Positions 36,020 through 47,990 of a stretch of DNA of 64,000 bases are shown one piece after another; position 1 is the first letter of the stretch; every line of letters begins with the position of its first letter. The translations under genes were made by a program, and so were the position numbers. The DNA is taken from contig NC_043003.1 in assembly GCF_006345805.1 (NCBI RefSeq), positions 107,322,001 through 107,386,000 on the forward strand, read 5' to 3'. The stretch is from Octopus sinensis (taxonomy: Eukaryota). Under the pieces are notes generated by a model. That model was given only the letters and a program-made list of their open reading frames with translations. It searched no databases and had not been told where the DNA came from.

Positions 36020-37235
36020 CTCTGCTGTATTTTTATTAATTAATTAATTAACTTTTAAGCATGAAAATGCTTATTTTACCATAGAAATAATTAAAATCTA
36101 AAATATATAAATATCTATCATCCGCAGAAACCCGTAATATACTGAAGAGTCTGCGATTTAGATTTACATTACATTAGCCAGAAAAATCCGCGATGTTCTG
36201 AGAGCGCGGTAGGTGAACTGCGATATGGCGAGGGATTACTGTACTATTTTTTATCGTTTAAACAGCATCCAGTAGAGGGACCCTGGCTAGGAAGTTCCAG
36301 GGTTTTGAGGAGTGCGGACCACCTCTTAACCACTATTGTTCCTAGGTCTACTCTAACCCGGAGTAGTAACACCTGTCCGGGTCCGTGCTTTAGGTTAATT
36401 AGCATGTGGGGGAAGAAAGTCCAAGCACAAACTCTCAGTGCCCAGCGAAAGAAAAAAAGTCAGCCCCGACAGCTGATTAAGGAGCGAAGTCCTTCGCGCG
36501 GTCTGTCACAATCTACTACCGTTGCTGACACAGATGAGCTGCTTCACTGCTTCGCTTCGCTTAAATATCTTTTTCTTGTTGCTACGAATAACGACATTTT
36601 TGTGCATTGGTTTCAAATTTTGGCACAAGCCCAGCAAATTTGGCGAAGGGTTTAAGTCTGTTATATTGGTCCCAATCTTCAACTAGTGCCTACATTATCG
36701 ACTTTGAAATTATGAAGGACAAAGTCAACCTCGGCAGTATTTGAACTCAGAATGTAAAGACAGACAAAATACTGTTAATTATTTTGCCCTGCGTGCTAAT
36801 GATTCTGTCGGCTCGCCGCCTTAATAATAACTGGGGTCGATGTAATCGACTGAACCCCTTTGCATTTGTTTGTCCCTTCTATGGTTAGCTCCCTGTGGGC
36901 AATAAAGAAAAACATTTTGTAGGGCCAAAGAAAAAGATTCTAGAAGATTAAATCACGCGATGGCTTGACGCTAATTGGTCGCTTAATAGACCGATGGTTT
37001 GCTCGTGATGTCTGACCGCATATTTGGGGATTAGGTTTCGAATTCCTGGTACAGTTTTATCGCATCTTCACGCATGACTTTCTGGGGTTACACTTTACAC
37101 ACACCAGCATCGGTTGTTGAGCGGACAGACAAATAAACACATACATACATACATACATATATAATTTCAGCAAAAACAATTAAGATTCAAATGAATATGG
37201 TACTTAACTTAGATGCACCAAGATTCTTTATGGTA

Positions 37236-37581
37236 TCTCTCTCTATATAAACGGCAGTTTGTCTGTGCGTTTTCTGTGTGTCTGTTTTCTCGTACCCTCA
37301 CTCTGACCACGGCTTTCAACCGATTCTGATGAAACTTGACACACACATAGCCCAATGTCATAATTCAAAACTAACGCAGCGAAAATTTTGAAAAGTTCCC
37401 CCAGTTCTGAAAAAAATCGATAAATTCGACATGGGGTCGCAACTCCACCTTTTTTAACTCTCAAAAAAAATTTACCATCATTTTTTTTCCATTTTTTTGC
37501 TATTTTTTGGCTATAACTCTCTAAAAATGCTTTATAGTTATTTCCCTTACAAACCTGAGCAACGCCGGGCGATACTGCTAG
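37236..37581 (+). mobile_element. Non-autonomous Helitron
   Basis: A|TC...gagcaacgccgggcgatactgCTAG|T; 3' part shared with the 11446 copy. Confidence 0.82.
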
Positions 37582-37750
37582 TTAACCATAAAATTATGTG
37601 GGGTGATTATAACCAAGAAAAAAGCAACAAGAATGGATCGGTAGATTAGTACAATTGTTTCATACTAAAAACATTTAATTTCAAGCTGCAAATATTACAA
37701 ATCATATATAGGTTTTCCATATATTCTTAGAGAGTGTAAATATCCTTATG

Positions 37751-38133
37751 TGGAGGCGCAATGGCCCAGTGGTTAGGGCAGCGGACTCGCGGTCGTAGGA
37801 TCGCAGTTTCGATTCCCAGACCGGGCGTTGTGAGTGTTTATTGAGCGAAAACACCTAAAGCTCCACGAGGCTCCGGCAGGGGGATGGTGGTGATCCCTGC
37901 TGTACTCTTTCACCACAACTTTCTCTCACTCTTACTTCCTGTTTCTGTTGTACCCGTATTTCAAAGGGCCTGCCTTGTCACTCTCTGTGTCACGCTGAAT
38001 ATCCCCGAGAACTACGTTAAGGGTACACATGTCTGTGGAGTGCTCAGCCACTTGCACGTTAATTCTACGAGCAGGCTGTTCCGTTGATCGGATCAACCGG
38101 AACCCTCGTCGTCGGAACCGACGGAGTGCTTCC
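37751..38133 (+). mobile_element. tRNA-derived SINE family B
   Basis: Full copy with 13-bp TSD aaatatccttatg. Confidence 0.92.
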
Positions 38134-38544
38134 AAATATCCTTATGAAGTTCTAGGTTTGAGTTCCATGAATCTGAAGTAAGATTCCAAGCAGACTTTAT
38201 ATGTTTTCCAACAATACAAAGTTTTTAAAAAATGATTATTAACATCCCAGAGAAGATAAATCTACTCATAAAAATGTGGGTATAAGTTCCAAGAGGCATG
38301 AGGAAAGATGCTGGTCATACCACGGTTAAGTTCGCATCTAACTGTTGCAGACAAAATTCTATAGTAGTAGCAAGAAAGACAGCGGGGTAGGTTTGGCTCT
38401 ACCCCGCTGTCAACAAAATCTGCGGCGGGGTATGAAACTGTACTTATGCCTTTTTTCAATAAAAGCTAACGTTTATTTCCGTTACATTTTTAAAGGAAGT
38501 GGTTAACGGATTAACGAAAATAACTTTTCGATTAACGGTGCCCA

Positions 38545-38600
38545 CGCAGACACATACACACACGCACACACACACATACGCACACACACACATATACATA

Positions 38601-38652
<52 letters not shown>
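38545..38652. repeat. (CA)n(TA)n microsatellite
   Basis: Direct reading. Confidence 0.95.
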
Positions 38653-38660
<8 letters not shown>

Positions 38661-38694
38661 TTAAAATTACTAAGTCTCTCTAACGGCAGCGTTA

Positions 38695-38909
38695 CTGGAT
38701 ATTTGTAAGATATTTGTTGTTGTTTTTCTTCAATTTCTGCAATTTCAACCAATCAATGACGTCTATTGAGGTGAAAACATTCTGTGCCGTATGAATATGT
38801 CCCTCGTTTAAAAAAAGATTGGGTTTATTTACATTTCTGAAGAAAAAAAGATACCCCTTACCCCCACCCCTAACCCTAACTCTAAAACAGATTGAAATGC
38901 AATAGATCG

Positions 38910-38910
<1 letters not shown>
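38695..38910. mobile_element. Partial inverted copy of the GGATC-TIR MITE
   Basis: Reverse complement of the internal 35690-35890 segment. Confidence 0.7.
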
Positions 38911-38950
<40 letters not shown>

Positions 38951-39355
38951 ATATATATATGCATATAACTGTATGCATATATGTATGTGTCTGTAGTGAC
39001 ACGTTAAACTACCCACCATCGCTTGATTTGTTTACATCCACATGACTTAGCGGTTCGGTGAAAAAACTGATAGAGTGAATACCAATTAAAAAAACTGCAA
39101 GTAATGGGGTCGATTCGTTTGGCTACTATCCTTCGAGGTAATGCCCCACCATGGCCGTAGTCCAAAGACTGGGAAAAGATAAAGGATAATGTCAGTATAT
39201 GGGTCTAGATACCAAAGAGAAAAAAAAGCAGTCTTTATCAGATTATAAAGTACGAACAGTGCAAAAGTAAGAAAGGCAAGCTACTCCGAAAATTGGGTTC
39301 GTTAGATGCTTACTTAAGAAGAAACTTAAAAGGAATAGAAAATTAACTTCGTGAG

Positions 39356-39364
39356 AAAAAAAAA
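39356..39364 (-). terminator. Pol III oligo-T terminator of tRNA-Glu
   Basis: T9 on the minus strand beginning 5 nt after the discriminator base. Confidence 0.85.
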
Positions 39365-39368
39365 GACT

Positions 39369-39440
39369 TTCCCAAGCGGGGAATCGAACCCCGGCCGCCG
39401 CGGTGAGAGCGCGGAATCCTAACCACTAGACCACTTGGGA
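39369..39440 (-). tRNA. tRNA-Glu (anticodon CTC)
   Basis: 72-nt cloverleaf: acceptor TCCCAAG/CTTGGGA, anticodon stem CCGCG/CGCGG with loop CT-CTC-AC, T arm CGGGG-TTCGATT-CCCCG; A and B boxes intact; T-run terminator follows. Confidence 0.96.
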
Positions 39441-39946
39441 TGTCGACGACAGCTGGCTTATTTTACTTATATATATTGTATCCTCGTGTGTAATTAGTTT
39501 CTTTTTCATTTATTAATTATTTTTAACACTTTCAACTTTTAAATTCCAATTTCTGACACGATTGTGTATATCGTAAGAGTGAGAAATTAATCGGTTTAAG
39601 AAATAATTAAGGAATTATTAAGGTATATATTAACAGAAGATTTATAGGACGTCGCTTGTGGTGGTCACCTATTTTATTACGTATCTATGGTGATCATTGC
39701 TATCATCACTGGTCTTGTGCCAAAATTTGAAATGATTATTATTATTATCATTATTATGCATAATTACAGCTATGATGATATCCAATATACAGTAAAAATA
39801 AAGCTAAGTGATAAATTAACCGGGAAAAGAATTTTTGGAGGGTATTCGGATTTTAGAATTTGATATTGATCTTCGGATTACGACCTTAATATCCGATGGG
39901 ATCGAAACATTGACACAAGGTATTAGGTGAAAAAAAAAAAAAAATG

Positions 39947-40369
39947 GGCGATCTTTCGTCTCTAGTAGACCTTTCCGTCGATTTCCGTAAAAATTTTTTT
40001 TTTTTTTTTACATATGGGCTTGCGGGAACTTTTGAAGTAATATACATACATATACACATACACCGAGTAAAAAATTTCAGTTATCTCTTTCTTTCACACA
40101 TTACTCTGTCTCTTCACACACACTAACAGAAGCACTTCACTTACACAACATACTGTCTCCCACACCCCATCAAACACACACACACACACACATGTACATC
40201 AATGCTCCCATGCACGGTAACTTCAAAAGAACTTCCCTCGTCATACAATCGCTTTCTCTTAGTCTCTTTCGCTCTTATTACTTCAAAAGTTCCCGCAAGC
40301 CCATATGTAAAAAAAATTAAAAATTTTACGGAAATCGACGGAAAGGTCTACTAGAGACGAAAGATTGCC
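39947..40369. mobile_element. Long-TIR MITE (about 95-bp TIRs, 8-bp TSD)
   Basis: ggcgatctttcgtctctagtagacc...gaagtaat and its reverse complement; TSD aaaaaatg on both sides. Confidence 0.85.
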
Positions 40370-42204
40370 AAAAAATGAAATTACGGAATGAGGGGACGCA
40401 ATATAAAAATACTAGAATTTTGAAAAATTGCCGATTCCGAAACTAAGTCTTGTAGTTTGTTGTTTCACGTCAGATAAAATGTGATCGATGAAACTGACGA
40501 TCAAAGGCTTTCCAGCCGTGACTGTCCTGTCTTGTAGGAAACCCGGGATCATATTAATATCCAACGCATCCTTAGACAATGGGGTAGAAATTGAGGGAAC
40601 TTGGCTGCATTTCTTGGAAGTCTGGTGCTAACCAAGCGTCTAACCACGGAAATAATTTGGAATAAATCTTTACTAAGAAATTAATAATTACATTTATTTT
40701 TAGGATGAATTTTTGTTAAAGTCAAAAACCAAACAAAATTAACAACATTGACGATTGAGTTTTAATTTCTGACATATTTCCCAATTAATATACGTTCGCA
40801 AAGGTCAGATTTCTGCTGCTGTTTGTAGAATGTCGCGAATAAAAATGTTTAATAATTTAATAGTCTTATGCACACATATCTGCACAGGAGAATTAAAAAT
40901 TATTGCCGATTTTAGCAGTTTTGTAACTTCTTGCAGAACCCCTGGACTGTACTCGCGGAACCCTGGTTGAAAGCCACTGATCTAAGTACTGGTATTTTAT
41001 CTTCGAGGAGAAATGGTATTTCGGCAACGGTCAAAATCTCCTTTCTTATATTAGTAATTAAAATTTACCAAACAAGCAAGAAAAAAAATCTCAGGATAAA
41101 AATAAAAATCGCCGGAGCTCATGTTCGTTAGGATCCGTCCTGTATATTAGAGTCCCAGGAAAATTTAGATGTGAGTTATCTGGTGGTACTGGCAACAGCC
41201 ACGCTTGAAATAGTGTTTTTTTACGTGCCACCTCCACAGGAGCCAGTCCAGCGGCACTGGCAACGACCTTGTTCGAATGTTATGTTCACATGCCACAGGC
41301 ACAAGTGCTAGTAAGCGACGCTGGTAACGATCACGCTCAAATGGTGCTTTTTACGTGCCATCAGCACGGAAGCCAAACAACTGCTCTGGCAGTGATCCTG
41401 CTCAGATGGGGCTGTTAGCGCTCCTCTGGCACGGGTGCCAGTCATTGAATTTGGTTCAATTTCGATTTTCACTTGCCCCAACAGGTCTTTGCAAGCAGAG
41501 TTTAGTGTCCAATGACGGGCTTCTTTCAGTTTTCTTGTACCAAAACCACTCACAAGGCTTTGGTTGGCCCAAAGCTACAGTAGAAGACACCTTTATGTAT
41601 TTATAAACATTGTGTTTCTCTTTTCATCTCTCCTAGGTAACAATTAAATCTATTTTGTTCGCATAAAGCTGCACTGGGGGCGTGGCTGTAAGGCACAAGT
41701 GTGGCTGTGTGCTCTCCAACCACATGGTTTCGGGTTCAGTGCCTCGGTGTGGGTCTCAAAAGTCAGTTTTTGTTGACCAGGAAAAATTACATGTGAAAAG
41801 ACAGGCAACATGTGTATATGCATGTAGTACCACCTGTCCTATGCAAACACTATTGTCCTTTTTTTTTTCCAAAAGTGTGCACATCTGTCAGATTGAAACT
41901 CATTTTGGACAAATGCACAAAGATGCAGCCCTTGTTTGTTTGATTGTGTCCTTGACCAAATTTGTTGCCACATTTGTTGTAAAAAAAGTCAATAGCAAGT
42001 CACAGTAATGTAGGTATTTAAGAAATTCTACATTATTGATAATAAATGAAATACTAACGGTCAGATGTTCACTTACTTCTTGCAGGATGTTGCATGAACA
42101 CCACAAAACAACAAACTTTATTGATCTTCTCAAATCTATAATATAAAACTTTAACTTCAATCCTTAGTTGTTTTGAAAACAGGCAAACTTTTATTGTAAA
42201 ATAT

Positions 42205-42590
42205 ATAATTACAGGTGTGGATGTCAGGTAAGAAGCTTGTTTCCCAACCACATGGTTCCAGGTTCACTGCATAGCGTCTTGGGTAAGGGTCTTATTCTAT
42301 AGCTTCAGGCTGACCAAAGACTTGTGAGTGGATTTGGTAGACGGAAACTGAAAGAAGCCTGTTGTGTGTGTGTGTGTGTGTGTCTGTATTTGTCCCCCAC
42401 CACTGCTTGACAATGGGTGTTGATGTGTTTACATCTTAGCAAACTTAGCAGTTTGGCAAGAGGGACTGATAGAATAAGCGCCAGACTTAGGAAAAAAGTA
42501 AGCAGTGGCGTCAGTTCATTGAACAAAAGAATTCTTCCAGGCAGTGCCCCAGCATGGCCACAGTCAAATGACTAAAACAAATAAAAGGTA
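42205..42590 (+). mobile_element. SINE family D
   Basis: ttcccaaccacatggttcc...ccagcatggccacagtcaaatgact. Confidence 0.8.
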
Positions 42591-42875
42591 AAAGAATCAT
42601 GCAATTAACCAAACCTTCTTAGAATTTCTGGCCTTTTGCAAAAATTTGAAAGTATTGTTGTCATACAATTTGATGTGACATTATTCTCGGGTCTGTAAGG
42701 GTGGCTCAGATGGTAACCTGCTGAGCAGTAATTCATTTTACTGACAAATTTTATTGATTCAAATCCTGCAAATCAGCTTTGACATTTTATTTTATCTCAC
42801 TGTTGTTCAGCAGAAAATGTTTAGCTGTTCCAATGCATCATCTTGGTGTGCTTAGATACAAATTATTTTTATGCA

Positions 42876-43204
42876 ATAAGCACCATCGAACGTGGCTGAT
42901 GCCAGCGCCGCCTAACTGCCGTCCATGTCGGTGACACGTAAAAAGCACCAACCAATCGTGGCCGTTTGCCAGCCTCCTCTGGCCCTTGTGCCAGTGGCAC
43001 ATAAAAAGCACCCACTACACTCTCAGAGTGGTTGGCGTTAGGAAGGGCATCCAGCTGTATAAACACTGCCAGATCAGGCATTTGATGGAATCTATTTTCT
43101 GTACATTTTTAGAATTAATTGAACCTGAGCACCTTCCACACACAAAAACTATTTTCCCTGTTAACCTTCCTCTGATATTGCTACACCTCTTATGTATCAT
43201 ATAT
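42876..43204. mobile_element. Chimeric RTE fragment: 3'UTR in + orientation joined to PHD-coding piece in - orientation
   Basis: 42876-43077 matches the RTE 3'UTR in sense; 43078-43204 encodes HKRCSNIRGRLTGKIVFVCGRC on the minus strand, homologous to 44650-44750. Confidence 0.75.
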
Positions 43205-43390
43205 AAATTTGTGTGTGTGTGTGAGTGTATAAATACTGTAGTATATCAATGGCTGCCAATTGGTCTTCGAAATAATTCTATTTTTTTCCTTGTATCCTAT
43301 AAACTAAGTGAAAACCCCATTGTTGTCGTCACGGCCCATTACAGTGCTTGGGTTTTCGTCAGTTGGTGACTTCTTGACTCTGTATAAACT

Positions 43391-46300
43391 TCATCATCAT
43401 CATCATTTAGTGTCCGCTTTCCATGCTAGCATGGGTTGGACGGTTCAACTGGGGTCTGGGAAGCCAGAAGGCTGCATCAGGCCCAGTCTGATCTGGCAGT
43501 GTTTCTACGGCTGGATGCCCTTCCTAACGCCAACCACTCCGTGAGTGTAGTGGGTGCTTTTTACGTGCCACCCGCACAGGTGCCAGACGGAGCTGGCTAA
43601 CGGCCACGATCGGATGGTGCTTTTTACGTGCCACTGGCACGGGGGCCAGGCGAGGCTGGCAATGGCCACGATCAGATGGTGCTTTTTATGTGCCACCGGC
43701 ATGGGGGCCAGGCGAGGCTGGCAATGGCCACGAACAGATGGTGCTTTTTACGTGTCACCGGCACAGAGGCCAGTCGGGGCGGCGCTGGCAACGGCCACGA
43801 TCAGATGGTTCGCTTACTTGTCACTGGCACTGGTATCATAGCCGCAATTTCCATTGATGTTGATTGACTTCGATTTTGGTTCTGCTTTCTGACATCTGAT
43901 TTGATTTGGTTTGATTTTCACTTGACTCAACGGGTCTTCACAAGTGGAGTTTTGTGTCCCAAGAAGGAAAGGTATGTATAAGTCGACTGGCTACATACCA
44001 GGTAGAGGCCACGGGTTATGGTCTCACTAGTCTTGCCAGGTCTTCTGCGCACAGCATACTTCCATAGGTCTCGGTCTCTAGTCATTTCCTTGGTGAGACC
44101 TAAAGTTCGAAGGTCGTGCTTCACCACCTCGTCCCAGGTTTTCCTGGGTCTACCTCTTCCACAGGTTCCCTCAACTGCTAGGGTGTGGCACTTTTGCACA
44201 CAACTATTTTCACCCATTCTCATCACATGACCATACCAGCGCAAACGTCTCTCTTGCACACCACAACTGATGCTTCTTAGGTCCAACTTTTCTCTCAAGG
44301 TACTTACACTCTGTCGATTATGAACACTGACATTACACATCCATCAGAGCATACTGGCTTCATTTCTTGTGAGCTTATGCATATCCTCAGCAGTCACAGC
44401 CCATGTTTCACTACCATGTAGCATGGCTGTACGTACACATGCATCATACAGTTTGCCTTTTACTCTGAGCGAGAGGCCTTTTGTCACCAGCAGGGGTAAG
44501 AGCTCTCTAAACTTTGCCCAGGCTATTCTTACTCTAGCAGTTACACTTTCAGCACACCCACCCCCGCTACTGATTTGGTCACCTAGGTAACGGAAGCTAT
44601 CAACTACTTCTAGTTTTTCTCCCTGGAACATGGTAGAAGTTGGTCACTGCACATTTTCAGTGTTTATTGCTCCTGAGCATCTGCCACAGACAAAAACTAT
44701 TTTCCTAGTTAGCCTTCCTTTGACATTGCTGCAACTCTTATGTGTCCATAGCTTACACTTGGTGCACCTTATAGAGTTTCTACCTACACCTTTTTTACAG
44801 ATCGAGCAGGGCTATCTACCTGAAGGCGTTTGTGATTGGTCTACTTTCCTACTTATTAGGACTTTGGTTTTGGCTAGGTTGATTCTAAGGCCCTTCGATT
44901 CTAATCCTTGCTTCCACACCTGAAACTTCTCCTCCAGTTCTGATAGTGACTCAACAATTAGAGCAAGGTCATCAGCATAGAGGAGCTCCCAGGGGCATCC
45001 TGCCTTGAATTCCTCCGTTATTGCCTGGAGGACTAAACCTTGGTGGACCCCAACCTCTACCCGGAATTCTTCACTGTACTCGTTGCCAACCCTCACCTTA
45101 CTAGCAGCGTCTCTGTACGTGGCTCGCACAGCTCTCACTAACCATTCATCTATCCCTAGTTTCCTCATTGACCACCAGATAAGGGATTGGGGGACCCTGT
45201 CGAAGGCTTTCTCCATGTCAACAAAAGCCAGGTACAGGGGCTTATCTTTGGCTAGGTATTTCTCCTGCAGCTGTCTTACCAGGAATATAGCATCAGTAGT
45301 ACTTTTCCCTGGCAAGAACCCAAACTGCATCTCATCTAAGCTAACTCTCTCTCTAATTAGTTGGGCTATAACCCTCTCCGTAACCTTCATTACCTGATCC
45401 AGCAGCTTGATACCCCTGTAGTTATTTGTATCTAGGGCGTCACCTTTTCCTTTGTAGCAGTTGACTATTATGCTGCTACACCAGTCATTGGGTATGACTC
45501 CTTCGTGTATCACCTGGTTAACTATATGGGTGACTAGGCTATAGCCGACACCACCAGATATTTTGAGCATCTCTGCAGTAATTCCTGATGGGCCTGGGGC
45601 TTTCCCTGTTTTCATGCTTGTAATTGCCTTAACTACTAAGGAACTGTCAACTCGGATTGCTGGTCCCTCTGTTGGGTCGACATTCAGCAGACTCTCTTTA
45701 TCCCATTCATTTTCCTCATTCAGCAACCTTTTATAGTGGCATCTCCAAACCTCTCTCTTTGCATCCTCATTTAGCACAAGTGAACCGTCATCCTTGCGAA
45801 CACATTTCTCTCCTACCACATCACGATTCTCAAGTCTTTCATCCTCACGGCGCAGAACATTGGCAAATTTTTTTTTCCTTATCTGCTTCCCCTCTGGCTA
45901 AATACACCTGCCTCCTAGCTTCCCTTCTGGCAGTCTGATACACTACCCTACTACCACCGTTCTTCCAGTCCTTCCAAGCCTGTTTCTTTTGTCTAATAGC
46001 CCTGTCAACAATATTGTTCCACCACGACGTTATTTTGGGTCTTGAGGGGACTTTGCACCAGCCACAGATCTGGCCAGATGCTTTCAGCAGGTTGTCCCTC
46101 AGAAGCGTCCAGTTGTCTTCTACCCCATGTGTAGCTATACCCCCTTCTATTTCATCAAAGGCTTCAAGTAACACGTCTCTAAATCTCTGTCCATTCGCAG
46201 GGTCTTTAAGCTTCCAGACCCTTCTTCTCCATGTTGGTCGTCTTCTAGTCGTCCTCTTAGTCCTGATCCTAAAGTCACTAACTACCAGTCTATGTTGTGG

Positions 46301-46809
46301 GGTACATTCTTCGCCTGAGAAGGTTTTGGCATTTATAAGCAGCCATCTTTCCCTTTTTCTGGCAAGGATGTAGTCGATTTGGCTAGTATGCCGGCCCGAT
46401 CGGTAGGTGACCAGGTGGCTTGTCGGTTTCCTGAAGTTAGTGTTGCAAACCATAAGACTATTCGCATCGCAGAACTCCAGCAGCCTGGTTCCCTCCTCGT
46501 GGCGGGAACCATAACCGTAGCCTCCATGTACGCCATGGAAGCCCCCAGCATGTCGTCCAACATGCCCATTGAAGTCACCAGCCACAAAGAGAAGGTCCCT
46601 GTCGTTCGTCAATGAGGTGGTCTGCAGTAGGGTGTCATAGAAACTGTCTTTCTGTCCATCGGGTAGCCCTGGCTGAGGGACAAAGGCCGATATAATGGTT
46701 GCTAATCTATGATGAAGCACTATTCTAATCTTAAGTATTCTGTCACTTACTCTGATTACCTCAAATACCTTATCTTCTTAAGTATTCTGTCAATTACTCT
46801 GATTACCTT
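43391..46809 (-). mobile_element. RTE-clade LINE, 5'-truncated and disrupted (APE endonuclease, RT, PHD finger, 3'UTR with (GAT)n tail)
   Basis: ORF pieces 45845-46720 (GDFNGHVG, SQIDYIL, QHRLVVSD), 44812-45819 (YRGIKLL, FVDMEKAFD, LLYADD), 44344-44631 (FRYLG), 43927-44340; frameshifts and stops; catcatcat tail at 43391. Confidence 0.93.
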
Positions 46810-47011
46810 AATTATATATATGTATGTAGCTGCGTTTAGTTACTTCGGATGTTTTTGAAATCAAACTGAGTGATTAAGAAAAAGTATGTTAGAATAAAAA
46901 CGTTAGTCTTTGACTGAGCAGTCAAAGGGAGCGAACTCCGGCGAAAGCTTGATCATCGTCTTTGCTTCTGTAGGAGCGACTGACGACAGTCTTTCGGTAT
47001 TAGTAGACATA

Positions 47012-47246
47012 GAAGGCGGCGAGCTGGCAAGAATCGTTAGCGTGCCGGGCGAAATGCTTAGCGATATATCATCTGCTGCTATGTTCCGAGTTCAAATTCC
47101 GCCAAGGTCGACTTTGCCTTTCATCCTTTCGGGGTCGATTAAATAAGTACCAGTTACGCACTGAGGTCGATATAATCGACTTAATCCGTATGTCTGTCCT
47201 TGTTTGTCCTCTCTGTGTTTACCCTCTTGTGGGTAGTAAAGAAATA
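47012..47246 (+). mobile_element. SINE family C monomer
   Basis: 16-bp TSD ggtattagtagacata. Confidence 0.92.
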
Positions 47247-47552
47247 GGTATTAGTAGACATAATTCACCCACTTTTCCAGCTTAACCCTCTTATCTATGT
47301 CATGAGTGAACGTTGTGTGGGTGACTGACCTTGTCTACTAATACCGAAAGTTTGTCAGCAATCCTTCGGCATTGGTACACGACTTCATTCAGCCATCACA
47401 ATCTTCCCTCATGATATAACGATGTTAGGCTGGAAAAACGAGGGTGAATGACATCGTCTTGCACCAACACGCTGTAGACCAATAGCGAAGGATCGCCCAA
47501 CTTTTATCTTTAGGCCTTTCAACATCGTGTGTGTGTGTGTGTGTGTGTATTG

Positions 47553-47990
47553 GCTGTGTGGTGAGAAGTTTGCTTCCCAACCACATGGTTCTGGGTTCAG
47601 TCCTACTGCGTGGCACCTTGAGCAAGTGTCTTCTACAATAGCCTCGGGCCAACCAAGTGAGTGGATTTGGGAAACGGTAACTGAAAGAAAAACTGTATGT
47701 ATGCATGCATACATGTATGTATGTATGTATGTATGTATGTATGTATGTATGCATGCATGCATGCATGTATGTATTTGTGTGTTTGTATGTATGTATGTAT
47801 TTGTGTGTTTGTGTTTGTCCCTCCCCCCTCGCTTGACAATCGATATTGGTGTGTTTGCGTCCCTGTAAGCTGGCGGTTCGGCAAAAGAGACCGATAAAAT
47901 AAGAACTAGGCTTAGAAAAAATAAGTCCTGGATAGATTTGTTCGACAAGAGGCGGTGCTCCAGCATGGCTTCAGTCAAATGACTGAAGCC
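47553..47990 (+). mobile_element. SINE family D with expanded (TATG)n
   Basis: Family motifs flanking a tetranucleotide repeat. Confidence 0.82.

Larger units (their letters stand above)
35061..36241. mobile_element. Tigger/pogo-like MITE hosting two nested insertions
   Basis: Imperfect TIRs (cagtaatccctcgccatatcgc) with TA flanks. Confidence 0.6.

Noticed and set aside
43555-43807. CRISPR-like appearance of ~62-bp periodic repeats
   Set aside because: Whole units repeat with no unique spacers, no cas genes, eukaryotic LINE 3'UTR context.
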